NCBI GenBank assembly: GCA_018398765.1
Contig: JAHBMJ010000253.1
Span: 1 to 52,575 of the forward strand
Direction: 5' to 3'
Length of the DNA: 52,575 nucleotides
DNA from: Chromera velia
Taxonomy: Eukaryota
Below the pieces are notes generated by a model, which had not been told where the DNA came from, did no database searches, and saw nothing but the letters and a program-made list of their open reading frames with translations. Of this stretch, positions 38,501-51,281 are shown piece after piece. The translations under genes were made by a program, and so were the position numbers. The first letter of the stretch is position 1, and each line of letters starts with the position of its first letter.

Positions 38501-39870
38501 ACAAAAACCGTTCTGGCAGATTTGGCTTCTTTGTTCTGTCTCCAGACGGACGAAATTGGTGTGATATCCACTTTCAGCATTCTTTGCCTGTGTCCACACA
38601 GACAGTACTTTGTGGAGTGGAGAGGGGCGCTGGTTTGTTGGGGATTTCTCTTGGGGCTTTCAGGGCTTCTTGTCAGGGAAGAGACGTATGCACAAAAGAC
38701 TCGATCAGGATGCGCGACCCACTGGACTCGAACGCTTCCATTGATCGAATGATGATGGGGGCACTCTTTTTTCTTGACTGAGTTATGAATTACTGTATCA
38801 TGTGCAGATACAAATGGAACCCAAAGCACCTCCCGCACGTCTGCAAGAAGCTTCGAGACAGTTGGACCACGGGGGATCTGACAGACTCGGATGCCCGGGC
38901 AAGGGGTCTGAATGTTGCAGACGAAACGTGTTTGAAAACGAAGGGAAAAGGGAGAGCAAAGGACACTTGGGCGTGCGCTATGACGGCTGCAGAAGGAGAC
39001 AGGGATTCCTGTGAATCTTGTATGGAGAAGACAAAAGGGGGTGAATTTATCAATATTGGATACACAGAGAGACTCTTCTACTGGCCGGGATCCAAAAGGG
39101 TTGCCTCGGGTTCCCTCAAGTGGACCAAGTTTGTTCCTCTCGCCATGTCCGATCACCTCCCCGCTCTTTATATTGTCAGATTCAAACCCCCAACTGAGCC
39201 CGCGCTTCCCCCAGAAGAAGAGAAAGAGGTCGGGGACTTCCAAGGAATGGAAAACGAAAAAATCAGCCAAGGCGGCGGCCCCCTGTCCCTCAAAGTACCG
39301 GGGGATGACTCGAAAGAGAGTACATCAACACAAGATGGACCACCCAAATCCGTATCTCCCAGTGCAAAAGAGCAATCAGATTCCCTTCCTGCTCTTCCCA
39401 TTCCAACCGGAGATGTCGATGAAGTCCCGTCCCCTCCACTGCATGCCGGGGCCCTTGGGAGTGCCCCCGAGGAAAGCGACGCAAAATTGCCTGGGCCCCC
39501 AGTGCAGGGGTCGGGCAGCGTCGTTCTATCTGTTGCTGAGCCTGATGAGGGCGCACCCCTCCACTCGGGTGCTCTCGGAAGTCCCCCTTCCCAAGGAAGT
39601 GGACAGGTAGTCCTCGGAGGAGAAGGACGGGGGCCCTTCCAGTCTCCCCTGCATGCCGGGGCCCTGGGAAGCCCCCCCACTTCCGCAGAGGACACCTCTG
39701 CCGGGCCTCCCGTCTCCACGATACTCCACTCTGGCTCTCTCGGTTCCCCCTCGGGATCCTTGAATTCTTCCCCTACCCGCCCGAGGAGGGGAGCAATTAG
39801 GATGGAGGAGATGGGGGTTCCGATTTTGCCACTAGAGGAGACGGACGAAGACGACAATGAAGAACCATGA
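34523..39870 (+). CDS. Inositol polyphosphate 5-phosphatase-like protein (EEP superfamily) with N-terminal signal peptide and repeat-bearing disordered tail, 8 exons
   Basis: Exons 34523-34900, 35242-35438, 36037-36093, 36519-36684, ~37066-37247, 37898-38028, 38340-38480 and 38808-39870 join in phase. Motifs in order: VATFN, FFFQ|E, TDKGAV, GVHL, GDLNFR, PS|YK, GYTERL, SDHLP. Hydrophobic leader SSLLLLLVLLQVTLSLTSS. Confidence 0.88.
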
Positions 39871-42277
39871 GGAGAAAAAAAAATAAGAGGAACGAGAGAG
39901 AGGCCTAGTGGCGTTGTCAACTAGACTTTCTCTCTATGTCCCTCGGTCTCTATGTGTGGAGGGATGCGAGCGAGGGTGTAATGCAAATAAGAGAGAACGG
40001 GAAAGGAACAAGAAAAGAGGGGAAGGGGCAATTCACCCTGATGTAACAAGAAGGGTTTCAAAAGACGAAGTTTCGACCGTCTTAACCAACAAAGTACAGT
40101 CCATCTCATATATCTGACTGTTGTTCCGATCCTGATGGTCCTGCCGGCAGAATTCTTTTTTTTTTACTTGAAAGTTTCATTCTGTCCCCGATACAGGAGA
40201 TTATACGAGGTGAACGAAAGGGTGTCCGTTGCTGCGTCTGTCGTCTTTCCGTTTTGTGTCAGAGAGACAACAGGCCTCCGTCTGACCGTTGATTTCTTCA
40301 ATTCTTCAAAGCTCATCTTTTCTACGCATTTTGTACATCTCCTTTCTCTTAGAGAGTGCATCTCCTTCCGTCCCCTTCTGTGTCTGTTCTCCTCCCGTGT
40401 CTGTCTACCTTTTTGTTCGCCTGCGCACGTCGTTCCCTCTTCCCAGCTGTCCTCCTCTTTGCGTGTCTCTCCACACTCTTTGTCACCGCGTGCGTCACTC
40501 GCTCGAGTTGCTACTCACCCGAGCTTTCTGGCCTCCTGCCCGGCCTTTGGATCTTCAAATTCGTGCCTCGAGTGGCCACTTCAAATCAGGCAGCTGCACC
40601 ATCGCATTGCTATTAAAGGCGGCAACCTGTTTTGTTATCCTTTAGGACTCTCAAGTTTCAACTTTCAGGACATTCAGGAAGTATAGGAAAATAAAAACAC
40701 CTCCTAGAACACCTCTTCTAACGTCTTTCACATTTGCAACCAACATCGTCTACAATGAAGGGCCCCCAGGTGTACAGCTAGGTGTATAACTCTAGATGTA
40801 GATAATGATCAATAAAAGACCAGGAAATAATAAACATTTCCTTCAAGTTAAGTTTAAGTTAAAAGTTTAAAATAGTATGTCATAATCAGCGAACTGTGAT
40901 AATTATACAATAACAGTATGAAATTAAAAAATTTTAAAGCTATACAATATTTAAATTGAATATTAAACTGTAAGTTTAACAGCTTGACCTAATCAAAAAA
41001 CTAGTATAACTAAGTGGAAAAGCTTGCTTTGAAACCGAAACATTAATCCTAACTTGAATTCTCTAGTGAATCCTCATAATATAATATATAATTCTAGAGT
41101 GATATTAGAATTATCTAGAACTATCAGGCTTATATTATTATTGAATGATGCAATGTATGCCGGGTAACTAGAAGCCGGGGCCAAAAACTGTACCTCCCCA
41201 AGTTAAATTCATTTATTTTGATTGATGAGATTTCTAGTGAGATTTCTGCTTAGAATCCGCTGTCGCTAGCCTAGTTGCTAACTAGTAGGTTGCTATAGCA
41301 CTGGCAGGCCGAAAGCTCTACCACAGCGGCGGACACAAACAGACTCTGAATGAAAATGTCAATCAAAGGTTTAATTGCAGTTTGTTGAAGATTTACACAC
41401 CGCACTGGTATTTCATGATCGATTTAAAGACATTGGTCTATTTAGAACATAATTTCGTGCACCAACGAAGAGTGAGCACCGGCAACGAAGCTTGCGAAAC
41501 GGTCTTACACTCACACGTACTGCCAGCCCTCTCACACTCTCACCACCGAAAAAAATAAAAAGAGGGAAAGCATTGCGATAAGAAGAGGAGAAGTCGACAC
41601 CCTGACTTCTTCTTCAGATTTCTTTTTTTTCGATCGAAGAAATCCTTTTCTTCATTGCTCTTTGGCATCCGTCGTCCAATTTGAAATGGAAATACACCCA
41701 CAAAAGACGACTTCTGCTCCGGCCAATGTACATGCACACAAGTATCAGACAGACAATTGAATTCTTCGTTCCTTCTTTTGTCTTCTTCATCCCCTTCTCG
41801 CAACCTCTCTCAGACTGCCTGCGGGCAAGTCCAGGTTGAGAAGGAGGGAGGGAGGGAGAGAGAGAGAGAGAGAGAGAGACGCAGCTTCTTTCCTCCTCAT
41901 TCTTTTTACACAAACAAATGAAATGAAAAATGGGAGTCCGCTGTCGAGCTGGACGGACTCGCTGTCGTTCCCCCTTATTTACGACTCCCTCCGGCTCTCT
42001 CTGAAGCTCCCCCTCCGCTGCTCTCTTTCATTTCTCTCTCTCTCTCTGTCGGCCTCACTGTCTGTCTGTCTGCCTGTCTACATCCACCTGTGTCTGTCTC
42101 TGTCTGAGTGTCTCACTCTTTCTGGCTCTCTTTGCGGGTGTGTCTGCCTGTGTGTGTATCTCTCCATGTTCCTTTTGCTGTCTACCGGTTTCTTTCTGTC
42201 CCTGTGTGTCTTCCTGTCCGTCTGTCTACCTGCCTGCCTCTGTGTCTCCCTGCCTGTCGTTGCAGTTGCAAAGACGT

Positions 42278-43513
42278 TCAGCGCCTTCTAGGGGTGGCGG
42301 AGGGGGAGCGGGCGGGGAGGGGCACAAGCTCTGTGAAGGTCGGGTAGAAGTCGTCGAACGAAATGCGGACCTCCTCCAGATCCACCACCGCCCCCCTCTT
42401 CGTCAGCACGCTGCAGTGAACGTGGTAGGAGGGGCGTCGGTCGGCCAGGAAGGCCGTGGCGAGAATGCGGAGGCGGCTGCCTGCCTCCACTCGTGTGGGT
42501 TTGGAAAGGAGGAAAATGGGATTCCTCCAATTCCTGGAGTACGAGTTGTCGGAGGCGTTGGAGGAGGTCCAAAGGAAATTCTCGGGAATCTCCTCGTACT
42601 GACAGGAGGGCCAACGCTGTCTCGGCCGCTTGCGGGAGGGGGCGGGGGCTATGAGGGTGATGTATGCAGCAAACCCCCGCAGCACGCCTGTTTGGGAGAC
42701 GGGCAGTGTCGTCTCATGCTCCTGCTTTGTCTTGATTCGGGACGCCTGGAAGTCCAGTCGTTCGAGCAACGCAACATCGGTGCCTGTCAGGCTGTTGGTT
42801 GCAAAATCGAATCTCCTCGCAAGCAGCATTTTGGGAGAGACGTAGAGCTCGTCTACATCCCGCCATGCTGAGCTGAGGGTTTGGACGTCGAGAGTCACGG
42901 GGACGATGCAGGTGGAGGCACACTGGGGGATGAACGTGACGTTGTTGGGGGTTGAGAGCTGTTTGCGGATGAAGTTCATGGTCTCCACCACCCCCTCTGA
43001 GGAAGCAACGGGACCAAATAATTCGAACAATACAGCCTCAGGGGAACGGGCTGCCTTCTCTCGGGGGAGGTCCCTCGAGTGCAAATTTCGAACCTCAAAC
43101 CGGCCTGCAAAAAGAGGCTGGCTTGCCAGCGCTCTTGACGCACGCCGAGCAGACTCCTGGTTGACCTCCAGGGCGAAGACCCTCGTGTCGTTTCGGGAGA
43201 GGACCATACTGGAGAGCAGTGCCTCTGCACCACAGCCAATCTCCAACCAGGTTCGTGCATCGACACTCTGAATCGCCCTGCTGAAGAAAAGGTTCCTCTG
43301 CGTATCGCTGTTCATGGACGCATACCCTTCACACGAATAATGGTCACAGATACTTTTTGTGTCTCTCTCCTGCTGCTGATAAGCTTCGTCGATCAGTGCA
43401 ACAAAAGTGCGTCTATTGCCGTTTATTCGGAAGCGAAGCAACGAATAGAGAAACTTGTTCCTCGTGTACTCCGACTCCAGAGGATCAACCGTCTCTGTCT
43501 CCGTCTCCGACAT
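42278..43513 (-). CDS. PRMT-fold SAM-dependent methyltransferase, single coding exon, ~411 aa
   Basis: MNSDTQRN (PRMT MxxDxxR), WLEIGCG (motif I), VFALEVN (post-I), FELFGPVASSEG (double-E loop), FIPQ, LRGFAAY, and SRNWRNPIFLL at the THW-loop position. The ATG is preceded by an acceptor-like TTTGTACAG, so an upstream exon is possible. Confidence 0.8.
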   Translation of the reverse strand: MSETETETVDPLESEYTRNKFLYSLLRFRINGNRRTFVALIDEAYQQQERDTKSICDHYSCEGYASMNSDTQRNLFFSRAIQSVDARTWLEIGCGAEALLSSMVLSRNDTRVFALEVNQESARRASRALASQPLFAGRFEVRNLHSRDLPREKAARSPEAVLFELFGPVASSEGVVETMNFIRKQLSTPNNVTFIPQCASTCIVPVTLDVQTLSSAWRDVDELYVSPKMLLARRFDFATNSLTGTDVALLERLDFQASRIKTKQEHETTLPVSQTGVLRGFAAYITLIAPAPSRKRPRQRWPSCQYEEIPENFLWTSSNASDNSYSRNWRNPIFLLSKPTRVEAGSRLRILATAFLADRRPSYHVHCSVLTKRGAVVDLEEVRISFDDFYPTFTELVPLPARSPSATPRRR

Positions 43514-45988
43514 CTGTACAAAGGAACACAAGCACGAAAAAGGACGCCGTACAAGCTGCAAAAAAAAACTGTAGAGCCGGTACAAGCCCACGAAAACCAC
43601 ACCCGACAGGCACGAATTTTTGGTACTGGAGGAAGCCGTCACCACGTAGTATTACCTCCAGAGACCCTCGCTTCGATCGTACCTCAATCAGTGATTCGCC
43701 ATCCATGATTCGCGCCCTTGCACGCGGTGTCCCGAGCTCGAGCTCGCGCGCGCCGCGCGCGCGTGGCCTGTTTTTTTTGCGGCGGCGCGTCGCGATGTTG
43801 CAAGTTTTTTTTTTTTTTTTGACACTATATTTTATGGTCATTTTTGTTAGATGCAAATGTTGCAAGTCGTTGCAAGGTGGGGAGCATTTGTGGTAATTTG
43901 TTGTTCGATCGAATTTAATCGCATTCGAGTGTATGTCAATTCGTACCGGCCCAGGGCTGGCCCCCGGATCGACCTCCCTGAACCTAACTACCACTTGAAA
44001 GTTCACGCTGGATTTTTAGATTAATTTGAAAATCCACGCAGCAGACACACATCATTTACGGTGTTTTAAAAGCCAAAGCCGCATATCTGGACGGTGTCTT
44101 GACCATCTACGCCGCAGGCGTGGACGGTCTCTTAAAAAACGATACCGCAAATAGAAATAATTTTGATTATATTTTTTCAAGTGTTTTGGGAGGTTCTCGG
44201 ATGTACCTAAATTAACCCAGATCGATATCGCGTGGTGAATGATCCAGGATGAACTATTGAAGCTGTATGAGCTATCTTCCAAAGTGATCTAACGCATATA
44301 TACATACAGATTCTATTACAGAACATGTCAGACGTCATGCCTCACAGTGTGATTCCGCTGCAATTTCCACAACAAAATCAAAAATATCGATCTCCCCCCT
44401 AATGAATATATATCAAAAGTGATTATAGCGGGAAGGCCTAACGCGGTTTCAAACCAAGCAGTGGCGTAATCAATCAATCACACAGTATTAGGAAATATCA
44501 AGGTGTCCCTATAGGGCCTGACTAGGCCTGACGATATAGGCCGGTATCCTAAAAGACATCTCAGCCGATCTCAGCTAATGTCAACTAATCCTAGTAAAAC
44601 TTAAAGCAAAACTGAGTTGCTTCGAGGCATCATAAAGTTAAATTTAATACTCCGTAACCTAGTTACGGAACTTCGCGGGCTTGTGTAGGCTTGTGAGTGG
44701 CAGTGAGCCACTGATATCGAACATTGATTCGCAAACTATAAGTTAGACGCTCTGTTGCCGATCATATGACTAAATATGTAGCTATCAGGATTTGTAGGAC
44801 ATCCACAATTTAACGTATACTTATTCTATATAATACTATATAACATGAAACCTGATGTTTTTTTTTGTTAGGAAAAAACTCTATAGGATCGATTCGTGTA
44901 CACAAAAAGAACCACTTGTTTACACTTAACAACAAGTTGGACTAAGTCAAACTGACTCTTGTCGACACCAGAAAACTCAATTTTTTGGAACTTTGAAGCA
45001 AAAACCCATATAAATCGACATCGAATTTCATTAGCACTTTTCTTTCTCGCATATTCTCTCTTCACCAATTTGACAAGCAATGCTGCAGCATCTGATTCAT
45101 TCCCGGACTCATGTGTGAGTGTCGCTTTACATGATACGCTTCGCATCATTGGGAGCTTCTCGCGGAACAAAAGACGGTCAGAGTCAACCCGAAAAGAGAG
45201 AGACTCGGTGAGTACGTGAGTACAGAAAAAGAAACCTCTTAATTGATGGGATATGCATCATGCAGGGCCTTTCCTGTCTGCGCCCTCGAAGGCAAACTCC
45301 ACCATGAAGATGCACTCAACGTGCCTAAAATCTCCATTTAAGAAATTGACCTGCACCTTTCATCATGCAAAACACAGTAGACTCCCCCCCATTCCCCCCC
45401 GCCCCCCGACCACATCGCACCGACAGTGCAGGCCACCGACGTGATCAAACAGTCTCCTGACCGACCGGCTCTTTGAACACTTACCCCTCGATCGGACTTT
45501 TTCTTTACACTGCGCAACAGACAGCACACTCTCCCTTCTCACGCCAAGCTCTGAGCCACTCCGTGTGAAGTGCCCAGAAAGCGAAGTTTCCCCCCCTGAC
45601 CTCATGACTTCCTTCTCGCAACCAGAACCTCCTCTTCAGCCCACCAAAAAACAAAAGAATCAACAACCAATCTCGCGGAAAACAACGGACCCTCTGGTTT
45701 TCTGTCGCTTCTCAGACTGCAACTTCCCTTTTCACGTCCCCTAACCTCGACTTCCCTCGCCTTGCTCTGTGAGTGTGTAAAGAAAATTCTCTTCTCTCGC
45801 CAGAAAACAACAACTGCACCTACTCGTACCCCCCCCCCTCTTCCTAACCCCTCTGGGACCTCACGGGACTGACTTTAAGTCCGCAACCACCAGGCACAAA
45901 CATGAGGCTGGCATCTGTCCTCGAAATCCCCCTTTCTCCCTTCCCTCCCACCTCCCTTTCCTTTCCTTTCCTTTCCCGTCTCTGTTAA

Positions 45989-46569
45989 TCAATCCGTCTC
46001 CTCCTCGAGGGACTGAAGGTCCACTGCGAGAAGAATTCGGGGAGAAGGGACAGTCTCCCCAGCCTCCCCCAAGACCACCTCCGGACTTCTGTGCACAGCG
46101 GCTCTCCTCTCCAGCCCCGGCACTGCAGCACCCTTCAGAAGGAGGCCGTCCAGCAGTCCGGTCGCATAAGGTCGCTTTCTCTTCGGACCTTTCCTTTTTG
46201 GATCTGCCCTCTCGTCGAGACCCTCTTGCACAGACAATTCAGGCACACCCTCCACAGGCAAGTGAGAAGGAAGCGACAGGCCACCAAATGAGGAAGCCAT
46301 GAGAGTCCTGAAGTCAAAGGACGGAGAGGACGACGCAGAAGAAGAGGGAAGGAGAGAAATGGGCCTCAAGTTGTGTGGACCCGTGTCCCTTTCTCTGTCT
46401 CCCTCTGACAAATGAACCCTGAAGTCCCCACTTGAAGGCGATCGCTCGATCTGTCAGAGGCACATGGAGCACAGAACATGAGCTGGAGTGATATATACAG
46501 CGACGCAGGCATACAAATTGTCGCGCTCTTTCTCAGTCTGTCATTCATCGACCCGCTTACTTTCTGACA

Positions 46570-46624
<55 letters not shown>

Positions 46625-47759
46625 GCACGCACAGACAAGAGAGGGAGGGGCGCGCTCGAGCCACAGTCGACAGAATGAGAACAATCGACAAACGTCACGA
46701 GCCAGTCCAATAAGAGCTTTGCATTTACATTGGCTCGTTCATTTAATGGTGCACGTCTAATTGGCGTAGCAAAAAGCGCCCAGAAAACCAACAAAGAGAG
46801 AAACCAACAGAAAGAGGGAAATTGAGCATGGTCGGAGACAGGAAAGAAGGGAGAACGGCCCTCATTCGTTTCAAATAAAATGTCGACATGACTGACGTCC
46901 CGCTCATCCACCCACTCAGTACCCGGTCCTGCAACGTAAACGTGACTCATACCGTGCACACAGTTTCCTACACAGACATGCACACCCATACATTTGCACA
47001 CCTCCCTGCACGCAAACGCCGACTTATGGAGCAAAGAGAAAAAAAAAGGGGGAGGGAAAGAAAAAGAGAGCAAACGAAGGAAAGATAGCAAAAAAACCGT
47101 CTTGGTTTTTCTCTTCTGATTTTTATCTTTTGATCGAACAACTTTGTTTTTATGACTTTTTGCTCTGGAGAAGCCACCCGTCTCGCCTTCCTGTCTCCCT
47201 CTCTCCCTCCAATTCTCCTCATCCCCTTCGCGGCTTCTCACTTACCCTTTAGAGTCATCAACAGCCGAAACGTTGTTTTGTCAACATGCCACAGGGGACA
47301 CTGCACACACGCATTGAACAAAGCAAAGTGGAGAAACTATGTGAGTGTGTTTGTCTACGGGAACGTCAATGGTGAAGCACCTGAGGAGACGATCTTGCGA
47401 TTGAGTGAATGGGTGAAGAGTGTGTGTGTGTGTGTGTGAATAGACCAGTCCAAGCAGGAGGGGTAGAGACAATTCCGTGTGTAGAGGAAGGGGTAGAGAC
47501 AATTCGCATTGAAGTTTGTAGCACATTAATGCACGTCTGTCTTGAGGTACTAAAGCACACAGATATTCGGTCCGCCGCCATTCAAAGGGACAGGCAGGCG
47601 GCCAGGCAGGCGGCCAGGCAAGCAAGCAAGCAAGCAAACAAGCAAACAAAAGAAAGAAAGAAAGAAAGAAAGAAAGAAAACAAGAAAGAAAGAAAAACGA
47701 AACAATTCAGACAGAAGCCGTGTCACCTTCCCACACAAGAAAGAAAGAGACAGGCAGAC

Positions 47760-47844
<85 letters not shown>

Positions 47845-49044
47845 CAGGCAGACCATCTGTTTGGTGACTGAATAGAAGTTCAGAACGACCCCAGAGGGAT
47901 CGACCAGGTCCTTGCCATCCCTCTGGAGCCCTGCCGCCTTCCCGACCTCAGACAGGAACACACAGGAACTCTGCATACATGCATGCAGCATCATGACAAC
48001 ATAACCAGAAAGGAAGGGACTTGTCCTTCATGATGTTGCAAAGGTAGCGGCCGGCTCTTCGTCCAACTCTGGAACAGAAACGTCGTCTTTGTTGCATGCA
48101 GTGTAGAGAAGAGCAGCATACGGGAAGACTTACAGGCTGGCAAGGACTGGAATGTCAAAATGGGGTTTGCCAATATTGCTTGAGACGTCAATTGACTTCT
48201 TCCCCATCAATCTCAATCGAATGATTTGGCCGCTGCGCCCTCATGGTTCCTCAGGGCAGCGTTTCTCGTTCACTAGCTGACTAGCTGCCAGAGTGCTCGC
48301 CTGACTGACCGACTGCCTCCCTGACCAACCGACCGTGATGTCTCTCACAAGAGCCTCTGCTGCCTCCTCGTCCCATTCACTCATCAGACCCCTCCCGCCT
48401 CCGCTGTCCCCGTCTCCCAGCATCATCAACGCACTCCTCAGTCTCCCCTCCACCTCGTCCAGCCGCAAAGGCCCCCGCACTGACGGGAAGGATCCAGTGG
48501 GACCCAAAGAAGCCAGCCTGTCCAGGAAAGAGACGAGGCGAGAACGAGAGAGGAGGGAACTATTCTCTTCCTCTTCCTGCCCCTCGACAAGCTGTGGCTC
48601 TCCGTGTCTCTGTAGCCACAGGGCATTCTTTTTTGGATCCTGGAGAAATTCAAACAGCTCAGGGGTGCCCAGTGAGGCTGTCAGGGGTGAGGGCCACTCC
48701 CGCTGTCCGTCCCCCACCAGGTTCAGACTCACTGTGTTGGGTGACGTCCTGAGGCATCCGTCCCCTTCTCCTATGTGGAGGAGGTCCCGCGTCCCCTGGC
48801 TGGGTGTTGGGGGTGTGTTCACCGTCAAGGCATCCCCCTTCGTGGCATGGAGTGACAGAGCGTGAAAGCGAGGGAGGGGAGCTGCCTCAGGGCAGAGGGG
48901 ACGATGACTGGTGGAGACGGGAGGAAAGTTGGAAGGGAGGAGGCGGAATCCCTCTACCACAGGAGGCTGAGACTGTGGGAGGAAGAGAAGCAACAGAGAG
49001 GCCATGGAAGAAAGCCTCGACGAATGCAGATACAGAAGCCCCAT
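45989..49044 (-). CDS. DUF1826 family protein with putative bipartite (signal + transit) presequence, multi-exon
   Basis: Exon 47246-47300 gives CPLWHVDKTTFRLLMTLK, exon 46897-46928 gives GPGTEWVDERD, and the terminal exon gives LLLKG...VHRSP...RILLAVD, matching the DUF1826 motif order. N-terminus is MASLLLLFLPQSQPPVVEG-FRLL followed by a Ser/Pro-rich stretch. Confidence 0.82.
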
Positions 49045-50209
49045 CAGGTGCAAGGCTCTCCTCTTTCACGAGTATACACTTACTTCTTTCCGTCTTACGC
49101 TAACCAGAAATCGAAGACAATCCTTCAACTCAAGCCGGCCGGCTCAGTATTGCACGGAATCGGGTAGGGTCAGCTTTCTGGCAGACACACGCTGTAGTCC
49201 TTCACCCCCAACTGGAGATGACGTCCGTAAACTCAGAAAAGACCTGGAGGTTTGACTCAACCTCAGCATACCTCAAGAATCCTCAGCCGCGATCCTTGAG
49301 AGTTCAGACTGACTTTGGCGCATTTCGAGGCGCATTTCGAGAAGTTATATAGAGGGCTCCCAGGGAGCATGCCGTGGCCCCCAAAAGTTCATGAACTGTT
49401 GAAAGCTCCATTTCGTAGGCCGGCTCCGCCGGCGGCCACGGTATCTGACTGGTTGACGGCTCCACGGTTTATACGATCGCGGCCGGGGGCCACGGCAGGG
49501 GCCGGCTGGGGACGCAAACTCTCCATTTTTGGCCCCCTGCTCCTTCGAGCCGTTAGGTGGGGTGCGGACAACGCTGGCGCGCTGCCTCCAGCGAAGCACC
49601 CCGTCCACCAAGACAAAAACCACCCCCATCCGACCACGTGCTTTACTGATACCCTGCAGTCTGAAGTTCCAGCTGGATCGACACCGTGATGCACCAGTTT
49701 GCCTCGGATACTTAGAAGAATTTCTTCGTCTCAGTGACAGAAACAGAATGATAGGTCCGCAAGCCGTAACTCCTCGTGGATCGCGCGGTATGGGCGAAAC
49801 CGTTTGGGCCGTTTTTGTGGAAATTCCTGTGTGAGCGCGGGGGGGCCCCCCCCACCGCGCGGGCAAAAAGGCTACGGGACTCTGTATTCGAAATTAGACT
49901 GCGAAATAAATATTATAAATTTAATTGTGGCCATGCATACATTATTTTTATGGTTTCTATGTATGGAATTGAGAACGTTCGTTCCTTGTGGGAGTGAGGA
50001 TGTGTAGATAGACTGCTTCGTCAATATAGTATGTAGCCGTAGCTCAAGCCCGTTGCAACATAGCTCGCCCCTCCTTTCTGAATTCCGGACATACCAGTTG
50101 ACTTCAGCCCTTTTTTGGCAGAAGATCAGCCCCGTCTCCTTAATTCTTTTTCTGGTGCTTTGAGCCGACTTGGGGAAGATCCCCTTTTCTGTGTGCAAAC
50201 CAAGTCAAT

Positions 50210-50940
50210 GTGGCCTGTGTGTAAAAAGATAGAGTCAGGGAGAGCAAATGTGTGAACGGAAGGCGATTGGGCCTGTATGTGTATAACCAGATAGAGACAG
50301 GGAGAGCAAGTGTATGCACGGAAGACGATTGGGCCTGTGTATAAACGGATAGAGACAGGGAGAGCAAGTGTGTGAACGAAAGGCAATTGGGCCTGCGTAT
50401 AACCGGATAGAGACAGGGAGAGCAAGTGTGTGAACGAAAGACAATTGGGCCTGTGTATAACCGGATAGAGACAGGGAGAGCAAGTGTGCGAACGGAAGGC
50501 GACTGGGCCTGTGTATAAGCGGATAGAGACAGGGAGAGCAAGTGTATGAACGGAAGGCAATTAGGCCTGTGTATAAGCGGATAGAGACAGGGAGAGCAAG
50601 TGTATGAACGAAAAACGATTGGGCCTGTGTATAAGCGGATAGAGACAGGGAGAGCAAGTGTGTGAACGAAAGACAATTGGGCCTGTGTATAACCAGATAG
50701 AGACAGGGAGAGCAAGTGTGCGAACGGAAGGCGACTGGGCCTGTGTATAAGCGGATAGAGACAGGGAGAGCAAGTGTATGAATGGAAGACGATTGGGCCT
50801 CTATATAAGCGCATGGAGACCGGAACAGGGAGAGCGAATTTGTGAATGGAAGGCGATTGGGCCTCTGTATAAGCGGATAGAAGCAGGGGGAGCAAGTGTG
50901 TGAATGGGAGGCGATTGGGCCTGCATATAAGCGGATAGAG
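50210..50940. repeat. Minisatellite, 58-bp unit, ~12 copies
   Basis: Unit GGATAGAGACAGGGAGAGCAAGTGTGTGAACGGAAGGCGATTGGGCCTGTGTATAAGC. Anchors at 50351, 50409 and 50467 give a 58-bp period. Confidence 0.96.
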
Positions 50941-51158
50941 TGTATGTGTGTGTGTGTGTATGCGTGTGCGTGTGCGTGTGAGTTTGGAGAGTGTCTGAGT
51001 CAGTGTGAGTGTGAGTGTGAGTGTGTGAATATGAGTGTGCATGAATGTCAATGTGAATGTGAATGTGAGTGTGAGTGTGAGTGTGAATATGAGTGTAAGT
51101 ATGAGTATGGGTGTGAGCATGAGTGTCCTAGATGAGTGTCAGTGTGAGTGTGAGTGTG

Positions 51159-51203
<45 letters not shown>

Positions 51204-51243
51204 ATACGTGTGTGTATGTGTATGTGTGTGTATGTGTGTGTAT

Positions 51244-51281
<38 letters not shown>

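Noticed and set aside
40690..41480. AT-rich block suggesting another decayed transposon (also 43900-44870 and 51600-52030)
   Set aside because: No TIR or TSD pair could be identified by eye, so no element was called.
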